A DNA stretch of 64,000 nucleotides from Candidatus Krumholzibacteriia bacterium (GTDB lineage: Bacteria > Krumholzibacteriota > Krumholzibacteriia > JAJRXK01), in the NCBI GenBank assembly GCA_041484665.1, contig JBGPIA010000011.1, positions 1-64,000 of the forward strand, read 5' to 3'. A model generated the notes under the pieces. That model worked only from the letters and a program-made list of their open reading frames with translations, was not told the DNA's origin and searched no databases. The position numbers and the translations under genes were made by a program. Positions 1-10,043 of this stretch are shown one piece after another. The number at the start of each line of letters is the position of its first letter. Positions within the stretch are counted from its first letter, which is position 1.

Positions 1-140
1 CGATCTGCTGCCCGACGCCTGGGCTGCTCAGCAAGCGGCGTCGCTACCCGCCCAGAATCAAGCCGCTGCCTGACCCATCGAGCGCGCTACCCCGCCGCGC
101 GTGACGTCGTATCCTGGGGATGGGATCGCCGGATGGATAC
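1..140 (+). mobile_element. Right end of an IS66-family insertion sequence (transposase C-terminus plus terminal inverted repeat)
   Basis: Frame 2..73 reads DLLPDAWAAQQAASLPAQNQAAA*, resembling the IS66 TnpC C-terminal 'LLPxxW' motif. 122-140 GGGATCGCCGGATGGATAC (revcomp GTATCCATCCGGCGATCCC) resembles IS66 GTA-starting IRs. The neighbouring gene loses coding character exactly at 140/141. Confidence 0.8.
2..73 (+). CDS. tnpC: IS66 transposase, C-terminal 23 aa (partial, begins before the window)
   Basis: DLLPDAW motif, TGA at 71-73, followed by the IR at 122-140. Confidence 0.7.
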   Translation, partial: DLLPDAWAAQQAASLPAQNQAAA

Positions 141-1623
141 CCCGCACCTGCAGCACGCCGGTGCCGCGCACGCCGACATTCCACGGACCGCCGGTGACCA
201 CGTGAGCCAGCGAGTCCACCACGACCGTCCCGGTGCCGCCGATCGAGTCGCCCAACGTCGTCGCGCCCAACCCCATGGTGAGCGTGGTCCCGGCGCGGGT
301 GACGCGCAGCGTGCCCGTCCCCGAGCGCGCCACGTACAGTTGGGCGTTGGACGCCGGCGTGCTGGGCCCGGTGTTGGGACCGCCGGTGCGAAGCCACAGC
401 TCGGGCGTGCCCACTGTGCTCGAGAGGGTGAAGAACTTGCTGGCCGGCCAGCGTAGCTCGCCGCCATTGAGGATGGTCTGGCCGCCGCGCAGATCCAGGG
501 CGATCCCAGCGGTCGGCCACACGCGCAAACCGTCGTTGGCGACGAAGCTACCGCCCTGCCGCACGTGCAGCACGCTGGTCTTGTCCACGACGTTGTCGGG
601 ATCGCCGATCACGGTGTGTCCCGCCACGTGCACGAAGGAGTGGTCCCTGACGGTGAGCTCGCCGTGCCCCGCCTCGGGCCCGATGCCGTTGTTGCCGATC
701 AGGAGGTTGGCCCCTGCGTTGATCCAGGACGTCGCACCGAGCGTCGTAGGTCCGGTCGTGACGTAGCCATTGGACGAGGGGTTGGCCCCCACAATGATGT
801 CCCCGGCCGATTCGATGAATCCGCCGTTGTAGGCGAAGACATTGGCCACGCCGGAGTTGCCAATGATCATGCCATTGGCGCCCACGATCACCCGGCTCCA
901 CCGGAACGGCACGCTGCAAAAACCGGCGACGGCCAGCGTGGTGGTGCCGTTCGACGTCGATCCGAGGTCCAGCGGCCAGCTGCCGCCGACCTGATCCGAG
1001 AAGTATTGCGCGCCCCCGAATACATCCAACTCGGAGATCCCCGCATACCCGATGTGGTCACCGAACGTGCCCGAGTACGGATTGTTCATCCCGCGGGAAT
1101 GGACGGTGATTCCTGGTGCCATGGGGCCGGCGTTGCTCAGCGTCATGGTGCACGAGCCGCCCGCGAATCCCAACTGCAGGTAGTCCCAGTTGATCTGTCC
1201 TCCGTTGAGCATCAGCGTCATCGTTCCGGAAGGGGGGCCGATCTCGAGACCGGTCGTGGTGTGCGGGCTGGCCATGCTCCACGTGACATTGCCCGCATTG
1301 CACGAGAGATTGAACGTGGTGGGTGTCGTGGCTGGGAACGTCACCGTGTACGTCCCAGCCAGATTGAAGTGGAGATAGTCAGCGAAGGCCGGCAGGCCCG
1401 CAGGTGTCCACTTGCTGGTTTCGTCGGTGGAGCCGTTGACGGCGGTCTTCCACATGTAGTGGACGAACGCACGGGCGGGGCCAGCTTCGGCGGCGACCAG
1501 CAGGAGCAGCATCAGTAGTCCTGATGTTGAGCGGATCGCCTGCCGGGCGAATCCGTGATCGGAACGCCTCGCGCTGCGCTCGAGGCCTTCGTGGGCGGTG
1601 GGGAGCGGGGACGTGGCTTGCAT
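141..1623 (-). pseudogene. Secreted Gly-rich beta-strand-repeat protein (autotransporter/PEP-CTERM-associated-repeat-like), 3'-truncated by IS66
   Basis: GGAGG RBS before ATG 1623. Signal-peptide-like LLMLLLLVAAEAGPARA. Repeated 'l.iG..g.G.l.v' units. The ORF runs into the IS66 IR after GTGVLQVR and ends at an IS-derived stop at 58. Confidence 0.7.
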
Positions 1624-1662
1624 GGGACCTCCTCGAAGGGCGAAGATGCGGTTCACTTCCCC

Positions 1663-1687
1663 TACGTCCGGCGCGCCCGATGCGAAC
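1663..1687 (-). promoter_or_regulatory. GTTCGC-N14-ACGTA motif, copy 1 (putative alternative-sigma promoter)
   Basis: Minus strand GTTCGC atcgggcgcgccgg ACGTA, about 40 nt upstream of ATG 1623. Same motif and spacing at 36295 and 39289. Confidence 0.65.
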
Positions 1688-1731
1688 ACTGTTCGGCTGC
1701 GAGACCGTCGAATGCGGGGGAGGAGGTCGCC

Positions 1732-2133
1732 ATGCCCACGCGGGAACCGAGGTCCAGCGCCGAGCGCCAGCCGAGGTCCAAGCCCAGGTCCACGACCAAG
1801 CCAAGGCGTAGAGCCCAGCCCTGGCCCACAGCCAAGCCGAGGCTCAAGGCGAAGTCGAACCCCAAAGCCAGACCCGCGCCCGCAACGATCGATGCGTACC
1901 TGGCGACGCTTCGCGCCGACCAGCGAGCGGCCCTAAAGCGGCTGCGCCGGATGATCCGCTCGGCGGCCCCGCGGGCCGAGGAGTGCATCAGCTACCAAAT
2001 TCCCGCCTTTCGTCAGGACGGGATGCTGGTCGGGTTCGGCGCATCGGCGCGCCACTGCTCGTTCTATCCCATGAGCGCCACGACGATCGCGGCTCACCGC
2101 GCGCAGCTGAGGGGGTACGACACCAGCACGGGC
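1732..2133 (+). pseudogene. DUF1801 (YdhG-like) protein, 3'-truncated
   Basis: GGAGG RBS. TIDAYLATL..AAL.RLR..IRSAAP.AEECISYQIPAF..G.LVGF.A...HCSFYP..LRGYDTS. The usual C-terminal 'GTIRF...P' segment is absent. Confidence 0.75.
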
Positions 2134-2243
2134 GCGACGGCCAGTGGGTGGCCGCCGCCAAGAGCTCCTGCACGACCTGCCACACGGCGGAGAACAGCCC
2201 GCATTTTGAGTACGCCAGCTACTGGGCCAAGATCAAGCACTGA
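2120..2243 (+). pseudogene. C-terminal fragment of a multiheme c-type cytochrome (c554-like tail)
   Basis: Frame of ORF 1983..2243 reads QHGRDGQWVAAAKSSCTTCHTAENSPHFEYASYWAKIKH*, with a CxxCH motif and an 'NSPxF...YW.KIKH' tail. It has no 5' part. Confidence 0.65.
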
Positions 2244-2309
2244 CGCGCCCGCGCCGCGAGCGCGCCGGCGCCGTCGTGGCCACCGGGCGCACCGACCGCC
2301 GGAGTGGCG

Positions 2310-3752
2310 CTACAAGGATCCCAGGAACGCCGCAAGCGCGGCGCGGTCCGCGCGCGCGAGGTTGCGTGCCCGTTCGCGCGCACTCTCCGCCTCGCCTCCA
2401 TGCCAGAGGACCGCCTCCCAGAAGGACCGCGCGCGGCCGTCGTGCAGCAGTCGCAGCTCCCCATTGACGGTTGCGAGCAGCCCGATTCCCCACAGTGGAG
2501 GCGTGCGCCATTCCGAACCGCTGGCCTGGAAGTCGGGGCGTCCATCCGCAAGGCCCACACCCATGTCGTGTAGAAGCAGGTCGGTATAGGGCGTGATCGT
2601 TTGCCCGGACAGCTCGGCGAGATCGGGGACGGTCCCCGTACGGTGCGTCGGGACATGGCAGGCAACGCAACCGATCTGCTCGAAGAGCTGGCGACCGCGC
2701 GCGACCGTGGGATCACCCGTGGCGCGCGGCGCCGGGACGGCGAGCGTGCGCACGTAGAACGTCGTTGCCGCGAGGGTCTGCTCGTCGATCTCTGGATCGT
2801 CGGCGAGTCCATCCTCGTGCACGGATTGTCCCGCGCAGCTCTCGACTGGGAACACCACAGAAGTGACGCCCATGTCCGCGTTGTAGGCGCCGGCTGTCTG
2901 CGCGCGCAGCGTCGCGGTGTTGGCCTTCCAGCCAAAGCGCCCTAAGGCGGCGTGCGCCTGCTCGTCGTCCCAGACGAGGTTGGGACGTCCAGAGATGCCG
3001 TCACCGTCGGCATCATCGGGGTCGGCCAGCGCGAGCAGGTCCGCCTCCCGGATGGCCTCGAGCAGTCCCAGGCCGAAGACCGCGGGGCCGATGCGCGGCG
3101 AGTTGAGCACTGCGGGCAGCGTGGTGTAGGGCGACTCCAACGTGAACACCGAGCGACGGAGGGTGTAGGGATCGCCATCGCCGAAGCTGCCGCTCGCTGT
3201 TTCTTCGCGCCTGGCGATGGTGGCCTCGGGGACGCGTCCGAACACGGCGCGGTCCTGGATCTGCAGTCCGAAGCCGGGGACAGGCAGCGGGCCGCCGTGG
3301 GGACCGCCCGGGCCCATGCTGACACGCAGCAGCAACGACCCCGCGTCGCGGCCGTCGTGGATGTGGCAGCCGGCGCACGAGACGTTGTTGAAGATGGGAC
3401 CCAGGCCGCCGAACTGCGCGGCGGGCGCCGTGACGAAGTTTCGCCCGAACGCGATGTCCCCTTCGCCGTGCTTCGCCAGATGCTCGTCTGAGAGATTCGG
3501 CGCGGGCTGCTCGAAGGCATGACTGGTCGCATCGGTTGACGTCGTGCCTCCGCCTGGCGTCAGTCTGGGGTCGGGTTGGGGCTGCGGCTGCGTGGCGGTG
3601 GGCGAGTCCGAGCACCCGGTCATGGAGGCCACGCCGCTCAGGAGGAGCGCTGCGGCTGCCAGGACGCGCCACCGCGGTGCTTGCGGTGCGCGTGCCCGGC
3701 ACGGACGTACCCGTGCGCGCAACTGCCGCACCGCGAGCTTGGCCGGGGCCAT
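2310..3752 (-). CDS. Di-heme oxidoreductase (DHOR/IrpB-like) lipoprotein
   Basis: Lipobox SMTGC. GLGPIFNNVSCAGCH, GRFGWKA, GCVACH, PYTDLLLHDMG, EWRTPPLWG and LLHDGRAR motifs. Confidence 0.9.
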   Translation of the reverse strand: MAPAKLAVRQLRARVRPCRARAPQAPRWRVLAAAALLLSGVASMTGCSDSPTATQPQPQPDPRLTPGGGTTSTDATSHAFEQPAPNLSDEHLAKHGEGDIAFGRNFVTAPAAQFGGLGPIFNNVSCAGCHIHDGRDAGSLLLRVSMGPGGPHGGPLPVPGFGLQIQDRAVFGRVPEATIARREETASGSFGDGDPYTLRRSVFTLESPYTTLPAVLNSPRIGPAVFGLGLLEAIREADLLALADPDDADGDGISGRPNLVWDDEQAHAALGRFGWKANTATLRAQTAGAYNADMGVTSVVFPVESCAGQSVHEDGLADDPEIDEQTLAATTFYVRTLAVPAPRATGDPTVARGRQLFEQIGCVACHVPTHRTGTVPDLAELSGQTITPYTDLLLHDMGVGLADGRPDFQASGSEWRTPPLWGIGLLATVNGELRLLHDGRARSFWEAVLWHGGEAESARERARNLARADRAALAAFLGSL

Positions 3753-4840
3753 CAGAGTCCCGCCACCAGCGGCGCCAGCTCTTCCTGCAGCGTCGCCTGC
3801 AGCTGGCGCACTGCGCCCTGGGCGGCCTCCACGTCCGCGCCGTGCTCGAAGAGCGCGCGGCTGAACGGGGGCGGGATGGCGCCGATACCATCGATCGCCG
3901 CCTGGATGCGCAGCAGGATATGCGCGTCGAGCGTGGCGTTGCGCGCCAGCACGATGTCATGCAGGCCGGGGCCGGTCGTGGTGCCGTAGCTGCCTCGGTA
4001 CACGTTGAGGATGCTGCGGATGTTGTCCTGGAAGTCCGCGATCGAGTTGGCGCTGAAGCGTGATTCTTCGAGCGCGGCATTCTGGGCTGCGTAGGGGTCG
4101 TTGATCTTTCCGTTGCCCACCTCGTCGGCGATCGTCACGAGGCCCGCGGCCAACTCCTGCACGGCGGCCTTCTGGCTCACGTAGACGCTGCCACTGGCGC
4201 CAGCGTGGATGAGCTGGCCCGCATAGTTGCCCCCACTCGGCCTCCACGATGCAGCAAGCTGGCTGGTCGCGCGCCGCAAGCTCTCGGTCGTCGCGGCGAG
4301 ATACTCGAGCTCCCGGGGTGTGAGCGCGGCAGCCGTGCGCTGTCCGTCCTCATCGAAGAGCAGGTACTCGATAGTGTGGAAGCCCTTCAGGGTGCCCTCC
4401 AGCCCGTCGATGAAGTCCGCGGTCAGGGGGCTTGGGCTTGCGAGCACGGCCTCAAGGTCGACCACGTTGACCGGCCAGCTGTCGATGCCGGGATCGATGC
4501 CCTGCGTTTCGACAGGCCCGAACAGAAAGGCCTCGGATTGTTCCCAAGGTCGGCGGGCGCTGCGCCAGGCTACGCGGGCTGCGCTCAAATGCACGTCGGT
4601 CGGCGCGGCGCGCAGCAGCTCGACTGAGTCCCGCAGCGCCGCGGTGCGCGCCGTGAGGTCCTCATACGTTGCTGTGATCACGCCAACGGCGACATTTTGC
4701 AGCTCGGCAGACGCATCGAATGTGGCCGGCGGGGCGGAGGGCTGATCGCTGTCGCATCCGCTGCTCATGATCGCAGCGAGGGCTACTGCGGCGCCAAGCG
4801 CGCGGCCATCCGCGCGTTGCTGCCAGACTCTCCTGTTCAC
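3752..4840 (-). CDS. Imelysin-family (IrpA/IcmP-like) iron-regulated lipoprotein
   Basis: AAGGAG RBS with GTG at 4840. Lipobox SSGC. ARRPWEQSEAFLFGP, IDSWP, KGFHTIEYLLF (GxHxxE) and ESRFSANS motifs. Stop overlaps the DHOR start. Confidence 0.9.
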   Translation of the reverse strand: MNRRVWQQRADGRALGAAVALAAIMSSGCDSDQPSAPPATFDASAELQNVAVGVITATYEDLTARTAALRDSVELLRAAPTDVHLSAARVAWRSARRPWEQSEAFLFGPVETQGIDPGIDSWPVNVVDLEAVLASPSPLTADFIDGLEGTLKGFHTIEYLLFDEDGQRTAAALTPRELEYLAATTESLRRATSQLAASWRPSGGNYAGQLIHAGASGSVYVSQKAAVQELAAGLVTIADEVGNGKINDPYAAQNAALEESRFSANSIADFQDNIRSILNVYRGSYGTTTGPGLHDIVLARNATLDAHILLRIQAAIDGIGAIPPPFSRALFEHGADVEAAQGAVRQLQATLQEELAPLVAGL

Positions 4841-4891
4841 TGGGGTGCTCCTTTTCAATCGTCGGGAATAGCCGCTGACGCAAGAGCTTGA

Positions 4892-6199
4892 TCAGAACTC
4901 GAAGCCCGTGCCAATCGAGACCGTGTGCTCGTCGTTGTCCGTTGGGATCCCGAGTCGCCGATGGGAGTACTGGGCCTTCAGAACCACGCCATGGCAAGGC
5001 TGGAGGTTGGCGCCCACGGTCGTCACGGTGCGCTCCCAGCGCGGATTGTCGAACACCGTGCCGGTCACGCCAGCCATGGAGTCGTAGTGTTCGTAGCGGG
5101 CGAACAGGTCCAACCGGGGATGCAGCGCGCGCAGCCACGAGCTCAAGTCGTAGCCCGCTTCAACAGACCAACCGATGGCCTCGCTCCCGACGGGGGTCCG
5201 CTTGACGTTGAGGTTATTGGAGAGATTGCGGTTGGCCTGTGAAACCTGGTCGGCGTTCTGCAGCGACCCGTCGAGGAACACCGCCCGCGCACGCAGGGCA
5301 CCCGCATGGAGCGCTGCGTGCGCGTCGCCGACGACCACCCGTGCTGGCACGTGCAGGTCGGCCTGGGGGCGGTTGTCGGCCGTGTTGCCGGTGTAGATGC
5401 ACACGCCGCAGAAGGTCTCGGGTTCGAGGTGGACGTCCAGGCGCGCTGTAACGGCGAGGTTCTGCGCGTTCACGGTCTCGAAGCGCGTCTGGTAGCCGCG
5501 CGCGATCCAGTTCGCGGAACTGAAGCCGCTGGAGTCCAGTCCGTTGACGAGGGAGACGGCGTAGGACACGCGGCGCGGCGCTCCGACGTCGCCATGAATC
5601 TGGATCCCGGTCTCGTACCAGTTGACGGGGATCAGACTGGACTCCGTCTCGCTGACAGTGGTCGTGAAGTATTCGGAGGGCTCGTCGAGCTGCGATGCCA
5701 GGCCGACGGGGAGCTTGAAGCGTCCCAGCTTCACGCCGAGGGCCGGTCGCCAGGTCCAATCGAGGTGGAGCTGCTCGAGGACGACCTCGCCGCCCTTCTC
5801 GATCTCGTCCTCGAATTCACCGAGCTCTTCGAACCGATCGAACTCGACCGACGCGCCCGTACCTCCGTGCTCCAACTCGATTTCGCCGCGCAACCACGCG
5901 TGGTCGTCGAGCCGGCATGCGGGATAGAGCGCCAGCCGTTCCAGGTCGATTTGGTTGCGCCGCGTGGGATCGGTGTCCCAGTCGAAGGCGAAGTAGTTGA
6001 CCGTGGCGTACCCGGAGAGGGTGAAGCGCTGCCCGGGTGCCGGGGCGCTGGCCTCGCTGGAGTCGTCATCGCTAGCGGCCTCGCAAGCACGTGTCACGCC
6101 CGCAGTAGTGGCGGCGAGTGCAGCGAACAGAAGCGTCGCGGGCAGCGCCGCGTAACGAGCGGCGCGGAATCGGGTGCTTGGGGCGGGTGGCGTGTTCAT
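4892..6199 (-). CDS. Outer-membrane beta-barrel porin/receptor associated with imelysin operons
   Basis: Signal peptide. EIELEHGG, GGEVVLEQ and P.NWYETG motifs. C-terminal aromatic residue (GTGFEF). First gene of the operon. Confidence 0.8.
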   Translation of the reverse strand: MNTPPAPSTRFRAARYAALPATLLFAALAATTAGVTRACEAASDDDSSEASAPAPGQRFTLSGYATVNYFAFDWDTDPTRRNQIDLERLALYPACRLDDHAWLRGEIELEHGGTGASVEFDRFEELGEFEDEIEKGGEVVLEQLHLDWTWRPALGVKLGRFKLPVGLASQLDEPSEYFTTTVSETESSLIPVNWYETGIQIHGDVGAPRRVSYAVSLVNGLDSSGFSSANWIARGYQTRFETVNAQNLAVTARLDVHLEPETFCGVCIYTGNTADNRPQADLHVPARVVVGDAHAALHAGALRARAVFLDGSLQNADQVSQANRNLSNNLNVKRTPVGSEAIGWSVEAGYDLSSWLRALHPRLDLFARYEHYDSMAGVTGTVFDNPRWERTVTTVGANLQPCHGVVLKAQYSHRRLGIPTDNDEHTVSIGTGFEF

Positions 6200-6234
6200 G
6201 CGCGAAAGATAATGAAACAGGTTTTCATATTCAA
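6200..6234 (-). promoter_or_regulatory. Sigma70-type leaderless promoter with a Fur-box-like palindrome as its spacer
   Basis: Minus strand TTGAAT (6234-6229), then 17-nt ATGAAAACCTGTTTCAT, then TATCTT (6211-6206), 6 nt and ATG. Plus strand AATGAAACAGGTTTTCATA resembles a 19-bp Fur box. Confidence 0.75.
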
Positions 6235-6631
6235 TATCAAAATCTGTACCGCCGCACCCATGACGCACTTCACCTCTAATAGACTGTATTTTATTGACTT
6301 ATGATGGTGAGAACGGTTCCAAGCCTGGATTCGTGGGCTCCGAGGGCGCCGCCTTAGGGTGCAAAAGTCTCGGGCGGCTTGGTACGTGGGCCCTGCGGAG
6401 GGCCAGCGTCACAGGCTGAGTCGCCGTGAAGGCGCCCGCGATCTGTGCCGTCGGGGCGGCGGCGGCCACGACCGGGACACGGGCGGGTCGCTTGGCGGCC
6501 GCCCTGACAACCTGGCACCGCGCCCAAGCCGTGTGCCGGCGAGTGAGCGCGACTTGTGGGGACCAATTCCGACGGAACGTCCGGGCAGTAGGCGCGCCAG
6601 TGGAGCGGTCGGTCGGGGCGAAGAGTCATCG

Positions 6632-8506
6632 TCATTCGACGGCCAGGTTGCGTACTGGCAAGCCGCGCGTGCGTCGTCCCGGCGGCGTGTCGACCGTTGT
6701 GTTGGCCACGCGCACCACGAGCTGCAGGGGACCGCTGGTCTCCGGCAACGGGACGTCGACCAATTGCCAGCGCCAAGGGTCGGCCGCGATCGTGACACGG
6801 CAGAGCACTGAATCGCCGTGGGCCACAACGACCTCCTGCGGCATGCCCAGCGCTTCCCATGTCGCAGCTTCGAAATGAAGGCGCGCGCCGGGTCGCGCCG
6901 CGCGCACCTGAAGACCGGCCTCTCTGGCGAACATCCAACGTCCCCACGTTTCCGGCGGCCCCCAGCCCTCCCCCCACGAAACGACCGTTCCGTGCGGTGG
7001 GAGCAGACCAGGGGTTCCGGGTGGGGGCGCGCCGCGCAGGTCATCCCGTGTTGCTGCGACTTGTATCAGCCCGCCGGCGAGTTCGTTGCCCCAGGCTCCA
7101 TAGCTGCGCAGGGCGTCGACCACGCCCCGGTTCGTCGTCACGACCACAAGTCCCGGCGGGACCATGACATGCTGACCTTTGATTGCCAGTGGGCTGCCGC
7201 CGCGCAGGTAGCCGACGATTTCCTCGGGATCGGAGTAGCTTTGCACGTACAGTCGACGCGCTGCCTGGAGGTCCTCACCGAGGACGTAGTAGCGCAGGAA
7301 AGACGCTTCACGGTAATCCGTGGTGAGGAAGACCGCGCCGTCCCTGGCCGTAGTCAGGAGCGCTTCTGTTCGGTGCGCGTCCGCGACATCACCGCTCCGA
7401 TCGGCCATTTTCAAGTTGTGCGCGCCGAGGAACGCGGGCAGCGCGAGGCAAGCCAAGGCAGCCAGCCGGCGAGACTGAGCTGTCGCCGGGATGCGCGTGT
7501 AGAGACCCCCAAGCCCCACCCCTGCCAGCAGCGCCACCGTGATGTGCACCGGTAGGAGGAAGACTGCGATGTCGGGGATCGCGTATCCGGCTGCGAACGC
7601 GAGCGTGCAGCCGGCGTGGAGCAGGAGAAGCCCTCGGAATCCCGGCAGGCGCAGACGTACGGCCCCGTAGAGCGCCAGCGGCAGGAGAATCGTGAGGTCG
7701 CGCAAGCCCTGCCCAAGCAAGTCTGGGAGGCGCTGCCTCAGGATGATGCTCGCCGGCCACGCGAACATCTGGCCGCGATAACGTGCAGCGGTGATGCACC
7801 CCCAGAGGTCGGCGAGACCCGTGACCCTTGTTTCGAGGAACACCGTGCTCGGGTCATGCGAGCGCCAGACGTAGTAGCTGTACTGACCGAGCCCAATCGC
7901 GAGACAAAGCACGGACCAGCCGAGCAGGCGCGGATTACGCCAGATCTTCGGCTCGTGGCGCAGCACATAGATTGCGACGGCTGGGACGGCGAGTATCGTC
8001 GTCATGTGATTGCCGAGCGAGAACGCGAGCACAAACAGGGCAGCGTACAGATCGCGCTGGCTACCGCCCGTGCGCCAGCGCGCCAGCAGCCACCAGACCA
8101 CCGTGACCAGCAACGCCTGGAGCGCGTAGACCTCGGCGACCACTGCCTGCGACCAGAAGACCGGCGTCACCCCCAGTGCGAGGGCGGAGGCAGCTGCAGG
8201 AATCGCTGGCACACCTAGCTGTACGAGCAGAGCAGCACAGAGTCCCGCCGCGAGTGCGGCGCAGACGGCCGAGAGCAGATTGACGCGCCAGGCAAGACGC
8301 CCCCAGGGCATCCAGCGCCCGAACACGTGGCTCAGCATCAGGTAGGTCGGGTACCCCGTCGGGTGCACGGTTCCAAGGACGGGTCCGGCGAACTGGAACT
8401 TGGCCGTGTCGCCCGAGTAGCCGACTCCGGGGAGCAAGGTGGCCGTGTACACCCCAAGAAGTGTGCCGCTCACGACGAGAACGAGAAATCCCGAGCGCAT
8501 CTGCAA
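6632..8506 (-). CDS. DUF2723 (TMEM260-like, GT-C) membrane glycosyltransferase
   Basis: YTATLLPGV..GDTAKFQ..LGTVHPTGYPTY, WRVNLLSA, FWSQAVVAEVY and NHMT motifs. Many TM segments. Confidence 0.85.
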   Translation of the reverse strand: MQMRSGFLVLVVSGTLLGVYTATLLPGVGYSGDTAKFQFAGPVLGTVHPTGYPTYLMLSHVFGRWMPWGRLAWRVNLLSAVCAALAAGLCAALLVQLGVPAIPAAASALALGVTPVFWSQAVVAEVYALQALLVTVVWWLLARWRTGGSQRDLYAALFVLAFSLGNHMTTILAVPAVAIYVLRHEPKIWRNPRLLGWSVLCLAIGLGQYSYYVWRSHDPSTVFLETRVTGLADLWGCITAARYRGQMFAWPASIILRQRLPDLLGQGLRDLTILLPLALYGAVRLRLPGFRGLLLLHAGCTLAFAAGYAIPDIAVFLLPVHITVALLAGVGLGGLYTRIPATAQSRRLAALACLALPAFLGAHNLKMADRSGDVADAHRTEALLTTARDGAVFLTTDYREASFLRYYVLGEDLQAARRLYVQSYSDPEEIVGYLRGGSPLAIKGQHVMVPPGLVVVTTNRGVVDALRSYGAWGNELAGGLIQVAATRDDLRGAPPPGTPGLLPPHGTVVSWGEGWGPPETWGRWMFAREAGLQVRAARPGARLHFEAATWEALGMPQEVVVAHGDSVLCRVTIAADPWRWQLVDVPLPETSGPLQLVVRVANTTVDTPPGRRTRGLPVRNLAVE

Positions 8507-8669
8507 GATGGTCCCGGCACCGCGTGCCGCGGAGGGGGCTCTGCTACGAGGTCGCGTACGGTTGGCTCGTCACGATGCGCGCGTAGCGCTGCGTGCTGTT
8601 CCTCCCAGGGATCGGGCGGCCGCCCCGCGTCGCAGTGGGGGGGATCCGTTTCTCCGGCCCCGCCCCGGG

Positions 8670-10043
8670 CTACTTCCCGATCTTGCAGATCAGCTCGAAG
8701 TACTTCGCGAAGGTGCTCATCCCGCCGCTGGCCTGCCCCCAGTCGTAGTTCTCGTTGGGCGCGTGGTAACCGTGCTCGGGCAAGGACAGCCCGATCATGG
8801 TGATGGGGCACTTCAGGAAGTTGGCCATGGTCAGCACCGCGCCGATGGAGCCACCCTCGCGCACGAACGCCGGCCCGCGGCCGAATCCAAACTTCAGCGC
8901 CGTGGTGGCTGCCCCGGCGTAGGGGCCGCCCACCTCGCCCATGTACCAATCAAGGTGGTGCTCCTCGCTCAGGACGGCGTCGGGCAGGTGCTTCTTGGTG
9001 AAGGCCTTCAGCAGCTTGACCACCCTGCGCGGTTTCATGTTGGGAACCAGTCGGCAGGAGATCTTCATCTCGGCCCACGAAGGCACGACGGTCTTGATGC
9101 CCGGACCCTGATAGCCGCCGGCGATCCCGTGGATCTCCAGCGTCGGCCAGGCCCAGATGCGCCGCATGATCTCACCGGCCTCCTTGAACCGCAGCGACTT
9201 CAGCTCGTGGGCGGCCGCGTAGCGCTTGACGTTGAAGCCGGCATTCTCGAAATCCTTGCGCTCGCGCTTGCTGAGCTTGGCCACGTCGTCGTAGAAGCCG
9301 GGGATCTTCACGTCGCCGGTGCGTGCGTCCATCATCTTGCTCACCAGCATGGCCAACTCGGCGATCGGGTTGCGCGCGGCTCCGCCGGTCAGGCCCGAGT
9401 GCGTGTTCTTGGCGCCGGTCTCCAGTCGGATGGTCACGCCCTGCAGCCCGCGCAGGGCGTAGGGCACCGCCGGGCGTCCCTTGGCGATCCAGATGGTGTC
9501 GCTGACCACCACCGAATCGCTGCGCAGGTTGCCCAGCTCGGCCTTCACCATGCTCTCAAACGACGGGCTGCCGACCTCCTCCTCCAGCTCCCACAAGAAC
9601 CGGATGTTCAGCGGCACGCCGGCCTGGCGCGCGTAGCGCGCGGCGTACAGAGCGGTGAGCCCGGGGCCCTTGTCGTCAGTGCTGCCACGGCCCAGGTAGC
9701 GGTCGCCATCGATGGTCATGACGAATGGGTCGTGCGTCCAGGTCGGCTCGTCGGCGGGCTGCACGTCCATATGGTTGTAGACGGTCACCCAGGGGTGGCC
9801 GGGATCGCTTACGAGCTCACCGATGACGACGGGAAAGCCCTCCGTAGCTACCACACGAGCGGTCGCACCCGCGGCGCGCAGCACTGCTGCAGCGGCCTGG
9901 GCACCACGCTCCATGTCGCCTTTGTGGGCGGGGTCCGCGCTGACGGTGGGGATTTCGACGAGGCGCTTGAGATCGGCCTCGAAAGCGGGGCGGGAGACGT
10001 CGGCGTACTGCTTCAGGGCGGCAGTGGAGATCACATCCGGCAT
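8670..10043 (-). CDS. M20/M25/M40 family metallo-dipeptidase
   Basis: YNHMDVQP, GRGSTDDKGP, EEEVGS, REGGSIG and HAPNE motifs. GGAGG RBS. Confidence 0.92.
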   Translation of the reverse strand: MPDVISTAALKQYADVSRPAFEADLKRLVEIPTVSADPAHKGDMERGAQAAAAVLRAAGATARVVATEGFPVVIGELVSDPGHPWVTVYNHMDVQPADEPTWTHDPFVMTIDGDRYLGRGSTDDKGPGLTALYAARYARQAGVPLNIRFLWELEEEVGSPSFESMVKAELGNLRSDSVVVSDTIWIAKGRPAVPYALRGLQGVTIRLETGAKNTHSGLTGGAARNPIAELAMLVSKMMDARTGDVKIPGFYDDVAKLSKRERKDFENAGFNVKRYAAAHELKSLRFKEAGEIMRRIWAWPTLEIHGIAGGYQGPGIKTVVPSWAEMKISCRLVPNMKPRRVVKLLKAFTKKHLPDAVLSEEHHLDWYMGEVGGPYAGAATTALKFGFGRGPAFVREGGSIGAVLTMANFLKCPITMIGLSLPEHGYHAPNENYDWGQASGGMSTFAKYFELICKIGK

